Source: the human T2T-CHM13v2.0 reference genome, Homo sapiens
Length of the DNA: 64,000 bases
Strand: one strand, 5' to 3'
Assembly: GCF_009914755.1 (NCBI RefSeq)
Contig: NC_060947.1
The position numbers were made by a program, and so were the translations under genes. Of this stretch, positions 1-13,335 are shown piece by piece (position 1 is the first letter of the stretch; each line of letters starts with the position of its first letter). The notes under the pieces are model-generated. The model made no database searches. It was not told where the DNA came from and saw only the letters and a list, made by a program, of their open reading frames with translations.

Positions 1-427
1 TCTCCTCTGAATTTCCGTAATATTGTATCTGTACTTCTCTTGTGGAGAGCATTGTAAGAGAGCATTGTATTAGCCACTGAGGATAGAAAGGTGAATAACA
101 CACAGCTTTATACTATTTTATATATGATGCTACATTTAAAGATCAATAATGTAGGGCTGTGTGGCACAATCAATAACTGTAGACTGTGTGACACAGCCTG
201 TTGTAGTCAGCCAGACTAGTTATCTCTCTTCAAAGAACGTAGAATAAACCCCCCTCTTGGCTTCTATGGAAAACAGACTATACAAATTGCTTTCAATGTT
301 TAGTTTTAAGAAGCTAGACTATATACCATCTCTATACCACCAATAACACTGTGAAAATCTCTTTGCAGTTTTTTGTCCTTTCTTCCCCTTTCCCAGAGGT
401 GTAGTGGAAGAGAAAGGGTGGGATCAC

Positions 428-517
428 TAACATTTGTTTAACATTTCCTATTTGTCATTTAATCCTCACAACAATCCTATAAAATAGATTCTCTTTTTTT
501 TTTTTTTTTTTTATTTT

Positions 518-557
<40 letters not shown>

Positions 558-830
558 TTTATTATTTTTTTTTTTTGAGACGGAGTCTCGCTCTGTCGCC
601 CAGGCTGGAGTGCAGTGGCGGGATCTCGGCTCACTGCAAGCTCCGCCTCCCGGGTTCACGCCATAAAATAGATTCTCTTATATGCCTCTTTTATAAATGA
701 GGTAACTGAAGCATAGAGTGAGTAGAGAACTCAGGATTTAAATTCAATCTAGGAATTGGAGAAGTTGAGATTAAAATGCATGCAATCTGGCTCCATAGTA
801 TCCTCTATTTAACTACTATACTACACTACA
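428..830 (-). mobile_element. MIR SINE, split by the AluYa5 insertion
   Basis: MIR core motifs catttaatcctcacaacaatcct ... ttttataaatgaggtaactgaagcatagag continue across the Alu. Confidence 0.7.
496..664 (-). mobile_element. 5'-truncated AluYa5-type element (~88 bp body plus ~80 bp A/TAAA tail)
   Basis: Reverse complement of 577-664 reads ATGGCGTGAACCCGGGAGGCGGAGCTTGCAGTGAGCCGAGATCCCGCCACTGCACTCCAGCCTGGGCGACAGAGCGAGACTCCGTCTC, with the Ya-lineage GATCCCGCC diagnostic and all CpGs intact. TSD ataaaatagattctctt at 479-495 and 663-679. Confidence 0.92.
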
Positions 831-1344
831 TAACTACCACTGTTTAATGAAATAAGTATATTAGTTCACTGGGGAGAGAAACATCTTCAGACTTCTGAGA
901 AGAATTTGTAACACTGCTCTCTCTGTAAGTAAATACTGCCCTTTTATAGAACCATGGCACAGTAGCTCCTTTTGTATATATGTTTCCAAGGAAGTGGCCT
1001 GGCATCTTATCTCATGTAAAACCTGTGAAAACTCACCTATAAAGTTCAATCAGTCAATTAACTACTAAATCTTGAGTACATACTGTATGGCCCAGCCCTG
1101 TAAGAAACCAGAGAAAATAAATATGGTCATTTAAAAATATCTACAACTCAAAAGCAGTGCATCAAATAGGTTGAAAAAGTATTTAAATGATTCCTATGGA
1201 GTTGGAGAATAAATCTGAATATGAATGCTGCTTGTTTTTCCCTATACCTCACACAGTGGCTTCCTCATCCATTCATAGAACATTGGAGTGGTGAAATGCA
1301 CTGAATGTGAGATACAATGAGGTCCTTTACAAGTTCTTTTCTAG

Positions 1345-1459
1345 ATGGCATTGGTTTTCACATAACCTGGAGGGCTGGCTGAGGCTGTGAACTTTTCTGC
1401 ATAATCAGCCTGAGACATCTGAAGCCAAGAAAGACCACAGCAGTGACAGAACACCTACT
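1345..1459 (+). other. Candidate non-coding exon (115 bp)
   Basis: Acceptor aagttcttttctag| and donor CT|gtgagt in unique sequence; stop codons in all three frames. Confidence 0.25.
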
Positions 1460-1489
1460 GTGAGTTAAGCAAAGAATGGGAGATTAACT

Positions 1490-3760
1490 TTTACACATGT
1501 CTATAGTTCATTTTGAGTGAATTTTTGTGCTTCTTGTGGTACCTTAATCAAAAATTCACTAAACATAAATGTAAAGGTTTATTTCTGGACTCTCATTTCT
1601 GTTCCATTAAATCTATGTTTTTTCTTGTGATAATGCCACACTAGGGCTTTATAGTAAGTTTTGAAATCAGAAAGTGTGAGTCCTCCAAAAGTATTCTTTT
1701 TCAAGATTGTTTTGGCTATTCTGGGTCTCTTTCATTTCCGTATAAATTTTAGAATAGACATGTCAATTTCTATTAAAAAGCTCACTGGGATTTTGATAAA
1801 GGTTGCGTTGACTTTTTAAATCATTTTGGGGAAAATTGCCATTTTGAAAATGTTGAGTCTTCTAATTCATGAGCATGGAGTGTGTTTCCATTTGTATATA
1901 TTTTCTTTAATTTCTCTCAACAACATTTTGTAGTTTTCTAAGTCATGTACTACTTTTGATAGATTTATACCTGAGTATTTTATTCTTTTGATAATATTAT
2001 GAATGGAATTGTTTTCTTAATTTTAATTTTGGCTTATTCATTGCTATTATTTAGATATACATTTTTCTGTATATTAATTTTTGCATCTTACAACTTAAAA
2101 TGTATTTATTAGTTATAGATATTTTTGTAGATTCCATATCTCTTTTTAGATTTGTTTATTTGCAGATGAAAGACAAATTTACCTCTTCCTTTTCAATCTG
2201 AATGTCTTAAGTTTTTTCCTTCTTTCTTTCTTTTGATTCTTCTCTTTTTTTTTCTTTCTTCTTATTGCCTTAGCTAGGATCTCTTGTACAGTGTTCAATA
2301 GAAGTGGCGAAAGCAGACAACTTTGCACTGTTCTGTATCTCAGAGTCAGTATGGTTACTGGCTGCATGGTGTACCTTTTCAGATCCTTTTATATTCAATC
2401 TATTTATGTCTTTGCATCTAAGGTGTCACTCTTGTAAACAGCAGGTCATTCTATCTTGCTTTTAAAAAACCTAATATGATAATATCTGCCTTTTAATTTG
2501 GGAATTTAGCTAATTCATGTTTAAGATAATTTCTGATTTGGTTGGATTAACATTTCTTATTTTACTGTTTTTTTATATGTCTCCTTCCTCTTTCTTTCTT
2601 TCTTTTTTGATTGTTGTTTCTGTTTCCCTTCACTGCATTCTTTTCAGTTAAATATTTTTTGTGTGTGCACCAATTTAATTCCCCTGTAGATATTTAGCTA
2701 ATTTTTAGTTATTTTCTTAATGGTTGCTCTAGGGATTACAATATGAATCTTAATTAACGAGAACCTCCTTCAGATTAATACTAACATAATTTCAGAAAAA
2801 TATAGCAATTTAGCAACAGTAAGTTCTCCCTCTTTTTTGTATTGTTGCTGTCATATATATTGTATCTATATATGACCAACCTAGAAATGCTGTGTTGTAA
2901 TTATTGCTTCATGTAATCTTAATCTTTAAAAAAAGTATAGAGTGTTTTATTATTAACCTACGTATTTACCTTTTCCGTTGCTCTACATTTCTTCCCGTAG
3001 TTCTGGATCTGGTGTCATTTCCTTTCAGCATTGAAGGTCTTCCTTTAGTATTTCTTAGAAGGTAGATTTGCTAACAGCAAATTCTCTCAGTCTTTATTAA
3101 TCTGGGAACATCCTTATTTAGCCTTCATTTTTGAAGGATAGTTTCACTGGATATAGAATTCTGTTTTGGTAGTTTTGTAATGAAATGCAGGTCCAGATGC
3201 TTACCACTTGCAGAGTGCAATTAACAAGAGCAACATCTGGTAGAAAGAAAGTGACTATTAACCAAAACTAGTAAACGGGAAGTAGCCAGATTCTTATCCA
3301 AATTAATCACTTTGATTTTTTGTGGGAGAGGCAGGGGTTTTAAAAGGAAAACTTTTTAAGGAAGCCATGCGAGAATTGGGCTGAGTGCAATGTCTATGTG
3401 TCTTCTTCTGTTGGCTAATTTTTTTCTTTTATCGCTTTGAATATGTAATTCTAGCCTTCATTGTTTATTATGAAGTCAGCCTTAATTATATTGATGCTCA
3501 CCTATATGTTATGAGTTTTTTTCTTTCTCTTGTTGCTTTTAAGATTTTCTCTTTGTATTTTGTTTTCAGTGATTGGCTTATGATATATCTAGATGTGGAT
3601 TCCTTTTTCTTCAAAGTGCAGGCTGTGCAGACTTTACTTTCTTCTGGGCCCTTTCACATCTTATCAAAATCTGCTTCTGAGAAGTATGTTACCATGTGTG
3701 CAGCCTCAGGGTTTGCCAGAAGTGTGTAGCTAGCTTGGGCCTCCATTCCAGAGTTATGTT
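1490..3760 (-). mobile_element. Old LINE-1 (L1ME/L1M-like), fragmented ORF2 and upstream parts
   Basis: Antisense ORF2 motifs such as caagattgttttggctattctgggtc and ggatagtttcactggatatagaattc. Confidence 0.75.
3176..3417 (-). mobile_element. ERV1 (MER4-group-like) LTR fragment inserted in the L1
   Basis: Starts with TG; tgcaggtccagatgcttaccacttgcagagtgcaattaacaagag...tggtagaaagaaagtgact resembles MER4-group LTR ends. Exact family uncertain. Confidence 0.5.
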
Positions 3761-5164
3761 TATCCCAACCATGACTGCAGCCTCTAGTTAGTAAAGCTGT
3801 TAGATTTTCTTACTCACCTTGTGTCCAAGATGATCACTTCCACTGACAACACGGTTGGGCATGGGTGTTGCCAGTGCTCACTTTTCCAAATCAGGTGAGC
3901 CCCCTTTGATAGTGGCAGAACAGCTTCCAGTTCTCACGGCCTTCCACACCCTAATAAAATTTATGCCTTGGCTGAGATGGGGTTGGGGGCGCAGTGGGAA
4001 AGAATAAGAATGGAAGAAGCAATACCACAGATTCCTACTGCTTTTCATGTGGTATTTGTTGAATGTAAAGATAATGATCTAATTAACATAGTAGTTTACA
4101 TTTATTCCTTCATTCGGGTAATTTCTTCAGAACCTAATATGTACCATCTTTCGATCTAATATCCCAAGTAACATTATTCATACATCCTCGAGAATTCCAT
4201 ATTTATTTAGGAAAACAGACATGCAAATAAACACAAACAATACAATGAGATCATTAAAATGGAGAGAAGGAGGAAGGAAAATAAGAAAGGTATCACTAGG
4301 GGTTCCTGCTGTTTAAAGAAATCCTATGGTGATTTTTTTAAAGAAAATAATAATCACCACCTATTAATATATCTATGGGACAAGTACAGAATTGGGTGGG
4401 CATAATGGGAGGGAGGAATCTGGATGAATTGTAGTATATCTAGGAGGATCTGCTGAAAACTACAGGTTTGTTGCCTGACCTTTGAAGGAGGAAAGACTTT
4501 AGTTATGGCAAAAAGAGGAGAAACATGCCCCATGAGTAATGGAATTCATCTTTATCAGATGCCTAGTTATCGCTAGTTACAAACTACGTTTGCTATATAT
4601 TCATAAGATTTTCAAATTATTTGAAGTCTAACACCCAATATAATGAGCAGGATTATACTCTCACCACTTCTATTTTCTGAAATATATTAGTTGATTATTG
4701 TCAGTGAAGTTGAACGTATGGTCCTAAAATGGCTTTAAATGATTTTATACATTTTCTCTTTTATTATTATCCATCTGATACTTTGAATGAGGCAGCATAC
4801 GGCAGTTAATTTTCTCCTCCAGTCCCTCGTGCACAATAATAAAACAATTCAAAGCAGTGCATATTTCAGCTGCCTTTTATAGATGAATTATACCTCCTGC
4901 AGTCTGTACATGAAGACATAGAACAGGCCATGAGGCAGATTTTAGCATAAATGTTATTTTGCTTGCTAGGAAGGATTTAGAGAATGTATTTAAAATAATG
5001 TGAGCTTTAAGTACAAATCAAATGCTGAAATGCATCTTTAATTCGGAAATGTATAGTAAATCCAAACAAATGGGTGAATAACCTCTATCGTACATTTTTA
5101 ATACAAAGGGACTTGTTAGCCATTTCAAATGTCATTTGAGTGTTTGAAAAAGATGTGAATTACA

Positions 5165-5890
5165 ATCATAGATTCTGAAGATTAAAAGAGCCATTTAAGA
5201 TCACCTAGTAAACCCCTTTACTTGTTACTAGAAGACCCACTACAGCATCCCCTAATTCAGCTGTTACTATCTAACCAACTTTCCAAAAATATAGGGCTTA
5301 AAACATCCAGCACAGTTTTGCTCATGATTCTGTGGGTCACCAATTTGGGCCAAGCTTAGCTAGGCAGTTCTTCTGGATTCACCTGGGCTCACTCATGTGA
5401 CTGCAGTGATTTGGTGGCTCTACCATCGAGTAATTGTCTAATCTGGGCTCATTCATATGTCCTGTGGCTAGTACTGACTGTTGGCTGCATCCCTTCCCAA
5501 GTGGTTCTCATTCTCAAAGAGGTTATTTCAAACTTCAGATGGTGGGACTGTGTTTCAAGAGAGGGCAAGTTTCAATGTGCACATACTTTGTAAGTCTCTA
5601 CTTGTCATGTTTGTTAATATCTCTTTGCAAAACAAATCGCATGACCAAGCCTAGCTTCAAGATGGAGAAACAGATTCTATCTCTTGATGAGAGAAGTGGA
5701 AAAGTCACAATGCATGCAAGGATAGGGAAAATTTGTGGCTATTAAGTAATCTGTCACATTCTGTTATTGTGGCTATCCATCTTTTGTTTGAACATCTCTG
5801 ATGAAAAGAAGTTTAGTGCCTTCTAAATTAGCCTATTTTATCAGAGTTCAACTCTGGCTTCTGGTAACTTGCATTCATTGGTGACAGTTT
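5165..5890 (-). mobile_element. L3/CR1 LINE 3' remnant, interrupted by MLT1
   Basis: atcatagattctgaag...cactacagcatccc continues after the LTR as ggctatccatcttttgtttgaacatctctgatg, matching CR1 antisense sequence. Confidence 0.45.
5262..5758 (-). mobile_element. MaLR LTR (MLT1G/H/F-like)
   Basis: gctcatgattctgtgggtca...ctgggctcactcatgtgactgcagt...ctcttgatgagagaagtggaaaagtcaca; ends aatctgtcaca. Confidence 0.75.
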
Positions 5891-5924
5891 TTCATCCAAG
5901 CACACAGCTGTCTACCTGGCTAGC

Positions 5925-6410
5925 CAGCAAACAAGCACCTACTATGTTAAGCACCAAATAGCATAGAAAAACATAGTGAATAAAACAGATGTGATCCTTG
6001 CTGTCATGAAATTCATAATTTACTGTAGGGAGACAGACAATAAATAAGAAAACAAACAAATACATTTTGAATATATATATATTGAAATTATATATATATG
6101 CCTTGAAGGAGTCAAGGGAACCATGAACACTTATACCAGGAACATCCAAACTAGTCTGGAGGAGGTAGGTCAGGGAATGCTTACTTGAAGAAGTGGCATA
6201 AAGATTAGACAGGTGAAGAGTGAGGAAAAGAACATTTCAGGCAGAGTAAACAGCATAGACAAAAGCCTTGAGGTGGAAAGAACTTTATTTGTTCCAAGCC
6301 AGTATAGCTGGAGCAAAGTGAACAAAGTGGAAGGCATTATAAAATAGTGTTGGAGAAATAGGCAGCAAAAAGATTGTGTAAGGCCTTCTGGAGTTTTGTC
6401 ATTTTATTTC
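5925..6410 (-). mobile_element. L2 LINE 3' portion
   Basis: agcacctactatg...gtgaataaaacagatgtgatccttgctgtcatg...ggtcagggaatgcttacttgaagaagtg; purine-rich L2 antisense strand. Confidence 0.75.
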
Positions 6411-6454
6411 TTGAAGTCATAGAGAGCAAATCCAAATCCCTCTTTGATGTGATA

Positions 6455-6685
6455 GCAGTATAGGATGTAGCTAAGACTGTAGGCTCTGGAATCAGAGCAC
6501 CTGGATAAGTATCCACACTCTACCACTTACTGTTTGATCTCGGTCCTGCTTCTTCATAGGTAAAGTGGGGATAATAATTGCTACTTCATAGGTTGCTATG
6601 TGAGTTATATAGAATAACATATGTAAATGGATTAACACGGTCTTAGACACATAGTAAATGGCAAATAAATGGTAGCTATTAGCAT
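6455..6685 (+). mobile_element. MIR SINE
   Basis: ggctctggaatcaga...gtaaagtggggataataat...acatagtaaatggcaaataaatggtagctatt. Confidence 0.8.
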
Positions 6686-7211
6686 TATCAATCTTTTTTA
6701 CGTCTCTTCACCTTATTGTATCATTCTTTTCCAAATATATTCTAAACATATGGGTTTTAACTGAGCGTCCTCTTTTGATGATCCAGAATGATTCAAATAT
6801 GTTGTTAGGAAGATCATCCATAAATTCAACTTGAGTTTTTCATGCCGTTATGTAAAATAAACTCAATGCCTTAGATTTGGTCCTTTCTGTGTATGGTAAA
6901 CACGCAGTTAGTGTGCTGTCTTCCAAATCCCAGTATGAAGTATCATATTATTTATTTCCTGATGTGCACAGATGAGGTGTGTGTATGTGTATATGTGTTT
7001 ATCACTAATTGAATCATAGTCCCCAAGTTAATAGCAATGACTGGAATATTTTTATCTGTCATATGGCAGTTATTCTTTCAGCAACAAAGATTAATTCTTT
7101 AAATGACCCAATTTGTTATGAAATTTGTTATATGTCATTATTCTTAAATCAACAAGTTGTTAGGAATTATAGAAACCTTAACCTTCATCTAATTTTTCCC
7201 CCTCATTTCCC

Positions 7212-7609
7212 TGTTGCTGTGGGCAGAGAGATGTGCTGCCCAGAAACCTCTTAAAGGTAGAACTTGTTGGACCGTATATGGAATGTTGTGAGCAGACAGC
7301 CTCCTGTTGTCACCTCCCTTCACGGTTTGTCTTGGCTACAGAGAACTGTTGTACCCATGGGCTTATCCTTCCTATCCAATGACTAAGTGTAATGGTGGTA
7401 TAGAGGCCCATCCATCTGAGTCCAATATGAAATGTGCTGATGAGCCATATATACTCTAGAACTCCATATGTGGTTTATCTGCATGGTAGTTTTTCTCAAC
7501 TTGTTCACTCCTGCTCCCTCCCACTACCTTTCATAGGTATAAACATCCTAAAAACCCAGGATGCCAAATTTCTTCACAGTATCTACTCCACAGAACCTAA
7601 CCTGCAACA
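7212..7609 (+). mobile_element. LTR33-like ERVL solo LTR
   Basis: TG...CA boundaries; the 3' end cagtatctactccacagaacctaacctgcaaca is typical of LTR33. Confidence 0.65.
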
Positions 7610-7927
7610 TTTCTTAACTCCCGAAGCCCAGAATTACTCAGAGACCTGAACCTAGAATCCGTCTCTAATTCTAAATCTTAGGCTGCAGTCATTCCGGCCA
7701 ACTTCTTTATTAAATCTTTCTTCATAGGTTCAGTTTTCCATTTCTTCAATTATTTTTATTGCTTTTCTAGATGCTTCCCTAAAATGTGGGATTCTCTTAG
7801 TTTCCAAAGTTTGTGAAACTTGCCAGGCTTTATACTGAGATATATTTATATGTTAGGAGTGATTACTGGGTGTGGGAATGGCACTGCTTTACAAAGCAAA
7901 GGCTTTTTCACTGCACCTTCTTTCCAG

Positions 7928-7979
7928 GAGATAGGACCCGAGAACTCTGAAATTGCCATTAATAAAGAGGGAGAGGCAG
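7928..7979 (+). other. Candidate small exon (52 bp)
   Basis: Acceptor ctgcaccttctttccag| and donor GCAG|gtgaat. One open frame (EIGPENSEIAINKEGEA), not recognised. Confidence 0.25.
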
Positions 7980-9642
7980 GTGAATAGGCAGTAGTCAGGA
8001 AGATGAGCAGATAATTCCCTGGGGTCTGCCTTCCTGAGTGTCCTCCACCACAATTAGCTTAGCCGTTATAAATTCCCTCATGTCTTATGTTCTGTATTGT
8101 CACCTGGATCTTCTTCAGTGTAATCTTTTCTCAGTGCCACTTATTAAAAATGCTGACTTTCAAAGAGCTCAATAAATTTTTTTAAACATCCCCTGACTCA
8201 ATAAAAAGGGATGGAATTGAACACTAAGTCTATATTCCACTGTCTATCTCCCAAGAGTGTTGAGATAAACTATGAAATAAATCTTTCTGTCCCATCCAGG
8301 TCATTTCACTAGCTTTAATATTATTTACAGCCCTATCCATACAATCCCTGTCCCTTACCCTGAAGTCATCAGTGTGTTCTCTTTCTTTTTGTTGCAAACT
8401 CACAGAGTCTTTCAAACTGAAAATAGCTGATGCCTCTAGTACTGATAATGAAAGAAATACTCCTCTGGTTGCTTGTAGGTCGTTTCCCAAAATGGAATGT
8501 AATTTCAATGAGCAGAAAAGAGATTTTTTAAATGCAGATATGGTCACAGGGCATACTAAATTGTCAAAGATTCTAAGAGTTAGTATTTACCATGGGACAA
8601 AATGTCTGGGAGGATATACCACAAAGAGTGGTTGTCTCTATAATGGGATTACAGATAATTTTTATTTGGCATCACCATATTCTATATATTAAACATATCA
8701 ATTTTGTGATAAATTTTATACTAAAAGAAGTAACATATGCATTCTAGAAAACCCTCATACTACATTTCCATACATACATAAATACATACATACATACATA
8801 TGTGACTAACATGATTCAGTATACTTTTCACATTCCGAAACCAGAGTGAAGCCAGATGAAATTAAGTGGCATGCTGTCCAGGTTTTTACAGTGAATAGTG
8901 GTAGAACAGGTCTATAATAATTTTTCTCCTGATACCCAGCCTAATGTTCTTTCTACAACTCTAAGGTAGTTTTAAAGGGCAGTGGAGAAATTGCCTGAAG
9001 GAAGATTTTTACTCAAAATTTCAGGATCCCATTATGTCTTGAACATACTTACCATTAAAAGTATCACTGATGCTAATGGAATGGAAGAGAATCCATGCAC
9101 TTTACCAAAAAAAAAAAAAACAACAACAACAAAAAAAACACATTAGTACCCAGTCTTCACATACGCCTCATTCCTTTATAATGAAGGTAAATGAGGCCTT
9201 TAACTTTAAGAACCTCAGATGTTCCATTCTTGATAAGAACGATTTTATTAAACTTATGATGTTATTTTTCTTTCACCTGTGGACATTTCAGTAGAACAAC
9301 TTCCCACCCCTAGCTGCCTCCATGTCTCTCAAAGCAGCAGCCTGAAAAAATCTATTCAGGAGCTAATATAAATTTTTATTAAATGTACTTAAAAATATTG
9401 ATAAGGCATATAAAGCAGAATGTTCAGTGAATGTTAAATAAGCAAGAATTTAGTCCTATAAAGTATATAAAGCTGCTGGGCTGCAAATAAAAATGACCAC
9501 AATGCAGCAAGAAAGTGATAAACATTATAAGTTATCTTCCCCCTAATTATCCAGGTTACATTTCATTAATATGCAATGAAAAATGTTAACTCTCCTGGGC
9601 TAAAGCATAGGGAAATAGTAAATTAGAAGATTTCCCTTTGGA

Positions 9643-10017
<375 letters not shown>

Positions 10018-10220
10018 TCAGCTTATGTGTATTTTCCTTCATTGTACCATGAAAAGATGAAAGATAGTAGATTCTAGTTTCTCTCTAATTTAATGCTTAA
10101 CAAACTGCCTGGCTCATAGTAGGCATTTAATAAATATATGTTAAGTCGTATTCTTAAACGTATAACAAGCATTTCTTGGTAACTAACCACACTTGCATTT
10201 TCCCCACCAAAATTATACCT

Positions 10221-10607
10221 TGTGGCAGAGAGAGTCTAATTACACATCAAACTCTGTTCCCTTTTTGCGTTCGCAAATCTAGAATACACATAACTAGAAT
10301 GCACTCTTGAGTCTCCCTTAAACTTAGGTGTGGCCATATGACTAATTTTTGGCCAGTGGAATGTGAGTGGAAATGATGTAAGCTACTTCCAGGCATGACA
10401 CATAAAAACCTCCCACCTAATCCTGTCCTCTCTGTCTTCCTCCATCTGCTGGCTATATGCTGAATCCCAGAGTATTCTTGGAACCCATATGCTGAAGGTG
10501 GCACAGCCTGGGTCTCTGAATAAGTGCGAAATGCATTTCTATTGTGTTAAGCCGTTGAGATTTCATGTTTTAACAGCTACCACAGATACAGTTACTTTAA
10601 CAGATAC
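10221..10607 (+). mobile_element. MLT1J-like MaLR LTR
   Basis: tgtggcaga start; ttaggtgtggccatatgact...ggccagtggaatgtgagtggaaatgatg; ttgtgttaagccgttgagatt. Confidence 0.75.
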
Positions 10608-12124
10608 GTGTCTATAATACTTAATATCAACATATTATTGCACTTGTTCAATAACAAAAAAAATTTCAATTACAGTTCACACAATTTATTTGGAACATCA
10701 TTTAATTTAAAAGTCATTTTAAGTTTAAATTGTGTTAAGTATTCTTTATACTCTAATAAGTTTTATTTTCCAATGTCATATTATCATAATGCTTTGATAT
10801 ATGCCAAATTGTTTTCTGAAAAGTTAACAGTAAGAAAAAAATTGTAAGAAGAAGTTTTAACTAGAATTTCCTAGTAGATTTTCCTAGACTGTCTGTGGCA
10901 GAGCTTAGTGAATAAGTGATCTTTAGCTATTGTGTGAAAAGGAACTCTCACTCAATCTAGAGTCTCCTTAGAGAGGGAATAAACCATAGTGGGGTGGTTG
11001 TAAAGATAGAAAAAATAGATAATCATAGAAAAACATGGCCCAAAGGATTATGAGTGACTGCATGTTTCAGGAGTTTCTTTGTGATTAGTTGGCAGCGGCT
11101 TTGAAGCAGAGAGCCATCTATATTAGGCCCCAGAAACCACCTGAAGGAGGGCATGTTGGGATCTGCAGTAAGCAATCAAGAGGAAACTCACTAGGACAAC
11201 TAACACTGGGAAAAGGAGAAAGTAGCTAAAAGGAATTTTAACTCTACAAGTACAAATGACTGACTTAGAGTGGGCTGAGCTAATGCCCAGTGCTTTTTTA
11301 AAGTTATGTATTTTCTTCCTGGTATATAAAAGAAAGTCCAATTAATCAAGGTGATTAGTAATCACTGTGTGTTTAAATAGCAAACGTAGACAACATTTGT
11401 CTCTAGGTATATATATTTATTTTAAAATTACCTTACATGATATCTTTACTTAAATTAAGAGTTCAGTTAATTAATATTTATGCTATTATCTTAATAATTT
11501 ATTTTTATAAAACAAAACGTTTCATGTACAGTATAGAGAAATTCATTTTTTTATTGCTCTCTTAGTCTTGAATACTTGTAGCAGCCCCAACCAGATGGTT
11601 TATATTCCATAACCCAAGGTACCACTGATTACTTGGGGGCAAGATTTGGAAATTTTAGGCTTAGTGCCTAAGGGCAAATAAGCTTATTTTTCCTCAATAG
11701 GACTGACCTTACAAATCTAACTCTGTAATTGTACAGGTCCTTTCCCAATTTTGAAAAGCATTATCTTCAACATTGAGCCACCCAACCAGGACCCCTAGCC
11801 TAAGATACCACAGTCATTCTGAGTCCAGTCTTAATAGTTGATACAACATGTCTGGTGTTATGTCTTACCTCTCCTCTTTGTAACACATTACTTGGAGCTG
11901 CCCCACACTCCAGGGCCTATTCATATTTCTGTAATCTGTGCCCCACTCCATAGGGCCCTGCCCTACATCAGATGGCCTATTTCTAAGGAATCCTGAAACT
12001 CCTCCACAGGACAGTTTGTACTATATAATGTGTTCTCTCCTCAAGAGTATTTACATTTTAACCAAGGATTCTAGAAATACAATGCCCCTGCAGGCAAGGA
12101 AACTTATTTATCCCTCTGGCTACT

Positions 12125-13335
12125 ATAAAATTTTTCTTTTTGCTTTTTGCTTATAATTTTGATTACAATAATTTTTAATTTATATAATTTTGCTTATAAT
12201 TTTGATTATAATATATCTTGGTGTGGTATTCTTTGTGGTTATTCTACATGGGATTCACTGACTCTCAAATTTGTGTTTGATGCTTTTAATCAAATTTGGA
12301 AAACTTTAAGCCAATATGTCTTCACATAATTTTTCAGTGTTCCCACCCTCCACATTTTTGGAGCTTCAATGACATGTATATTAAGCTGCTGGATATTGTT
12401 CCACGGGTCGCTGATAATCTGTTTAATTTTTTTCAGCTTTTTTTTCCTCAATATCTTTCAGTTGTGATAGTCTGTATTACTCAATCTTAAAGTTCATTGT
12501 TCTCTTCTTCTGCCATATTGAAATTTATATTGACCATCCAGTGAATTTTTAATCTTTTAAGGTCTAGATATATTTAATTTTTATATCTTCTATTTATGTA
12601 TCTGTTATGTTCATATTTTCCCTTAAATCCTTGAACATAGTTATAATAGCTGTTTGGAAGTTCTTACATGATAATTCTGTCATCTCTATCAGATTTCTAC
12701 ATCTGTTTCTATTGACTGATTTTTTTTCCTAGGTAAGCATGACATTTATTACTAAGCATAGACCCTTCTACATTCTCTACTCATTGCCCTGGGCATTCAA
12801 GGAGGCCTCTCCACTCTGGATGATCATAACTCAAACATTTTCAAGCCTTGTGTAAAGCTTTGGGGATTGCTCAGTTTACAGCTCTCTGGTAGTTGTTTTT
12901 TTTTTTTTTTTTCTTGCCTTGTAGATTTTTACCCTATGCAAGTGCAGTTTAATATTAAGACAAAGATTAAGGAGTTTCCCAGGCAGATTTATTTCTATTT
13001 CTCTGAGTAACTTCGTTTTCTCCACCACTCTGCTTTGCATATCTCAGGTACCTCAGCCTCCCCAAACTTTAATCTCTGTCTCTTCAAGTCAGCAAGGCTA
13101 ACATGCTCTATTTGGGTTCTCCTGCACTGCTCTGAAGTTCAAAAATGACTCCAGGTGGAAAGCTAAGGTAACTATCAGGGTTGCCTTGCTTATTTCCCTT
13201 CTTTCAGGGATCAAAGTCCTGTGTTGTCTATTGTTCAGTTTGAAAACCATTATTTCATATCTTTCATCCACTTCCCTAGTTGGTTATGGTGAGAGTCCAG
13301 TACCAGTTACTCTTTCGTGGCTGTAAGTGGAAGTT
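12125..13335 (-). mobile_element. Old L1ME-type 5'/ORF1 region
   Basis: T-rich antisense ORF1-like sequence ending in ccagtaccagttactctttcgtggctgtaagtggaagt, as in L1ME 5' ends. Confidence 0.65.

Noticed and set aside
6070-6100. (AT)n quasi-palindrome
   Set aside because: Trivial self-complementarity of short AT dinucleotide runs inside an L2.
8230-8692. Overlapping 105-106-aa ORFs on both strands in non-Alu sequence
   Set aside because: No recognisable domain or codon pattern, non-ATG start for the plus ORF, and length compatible with chance.
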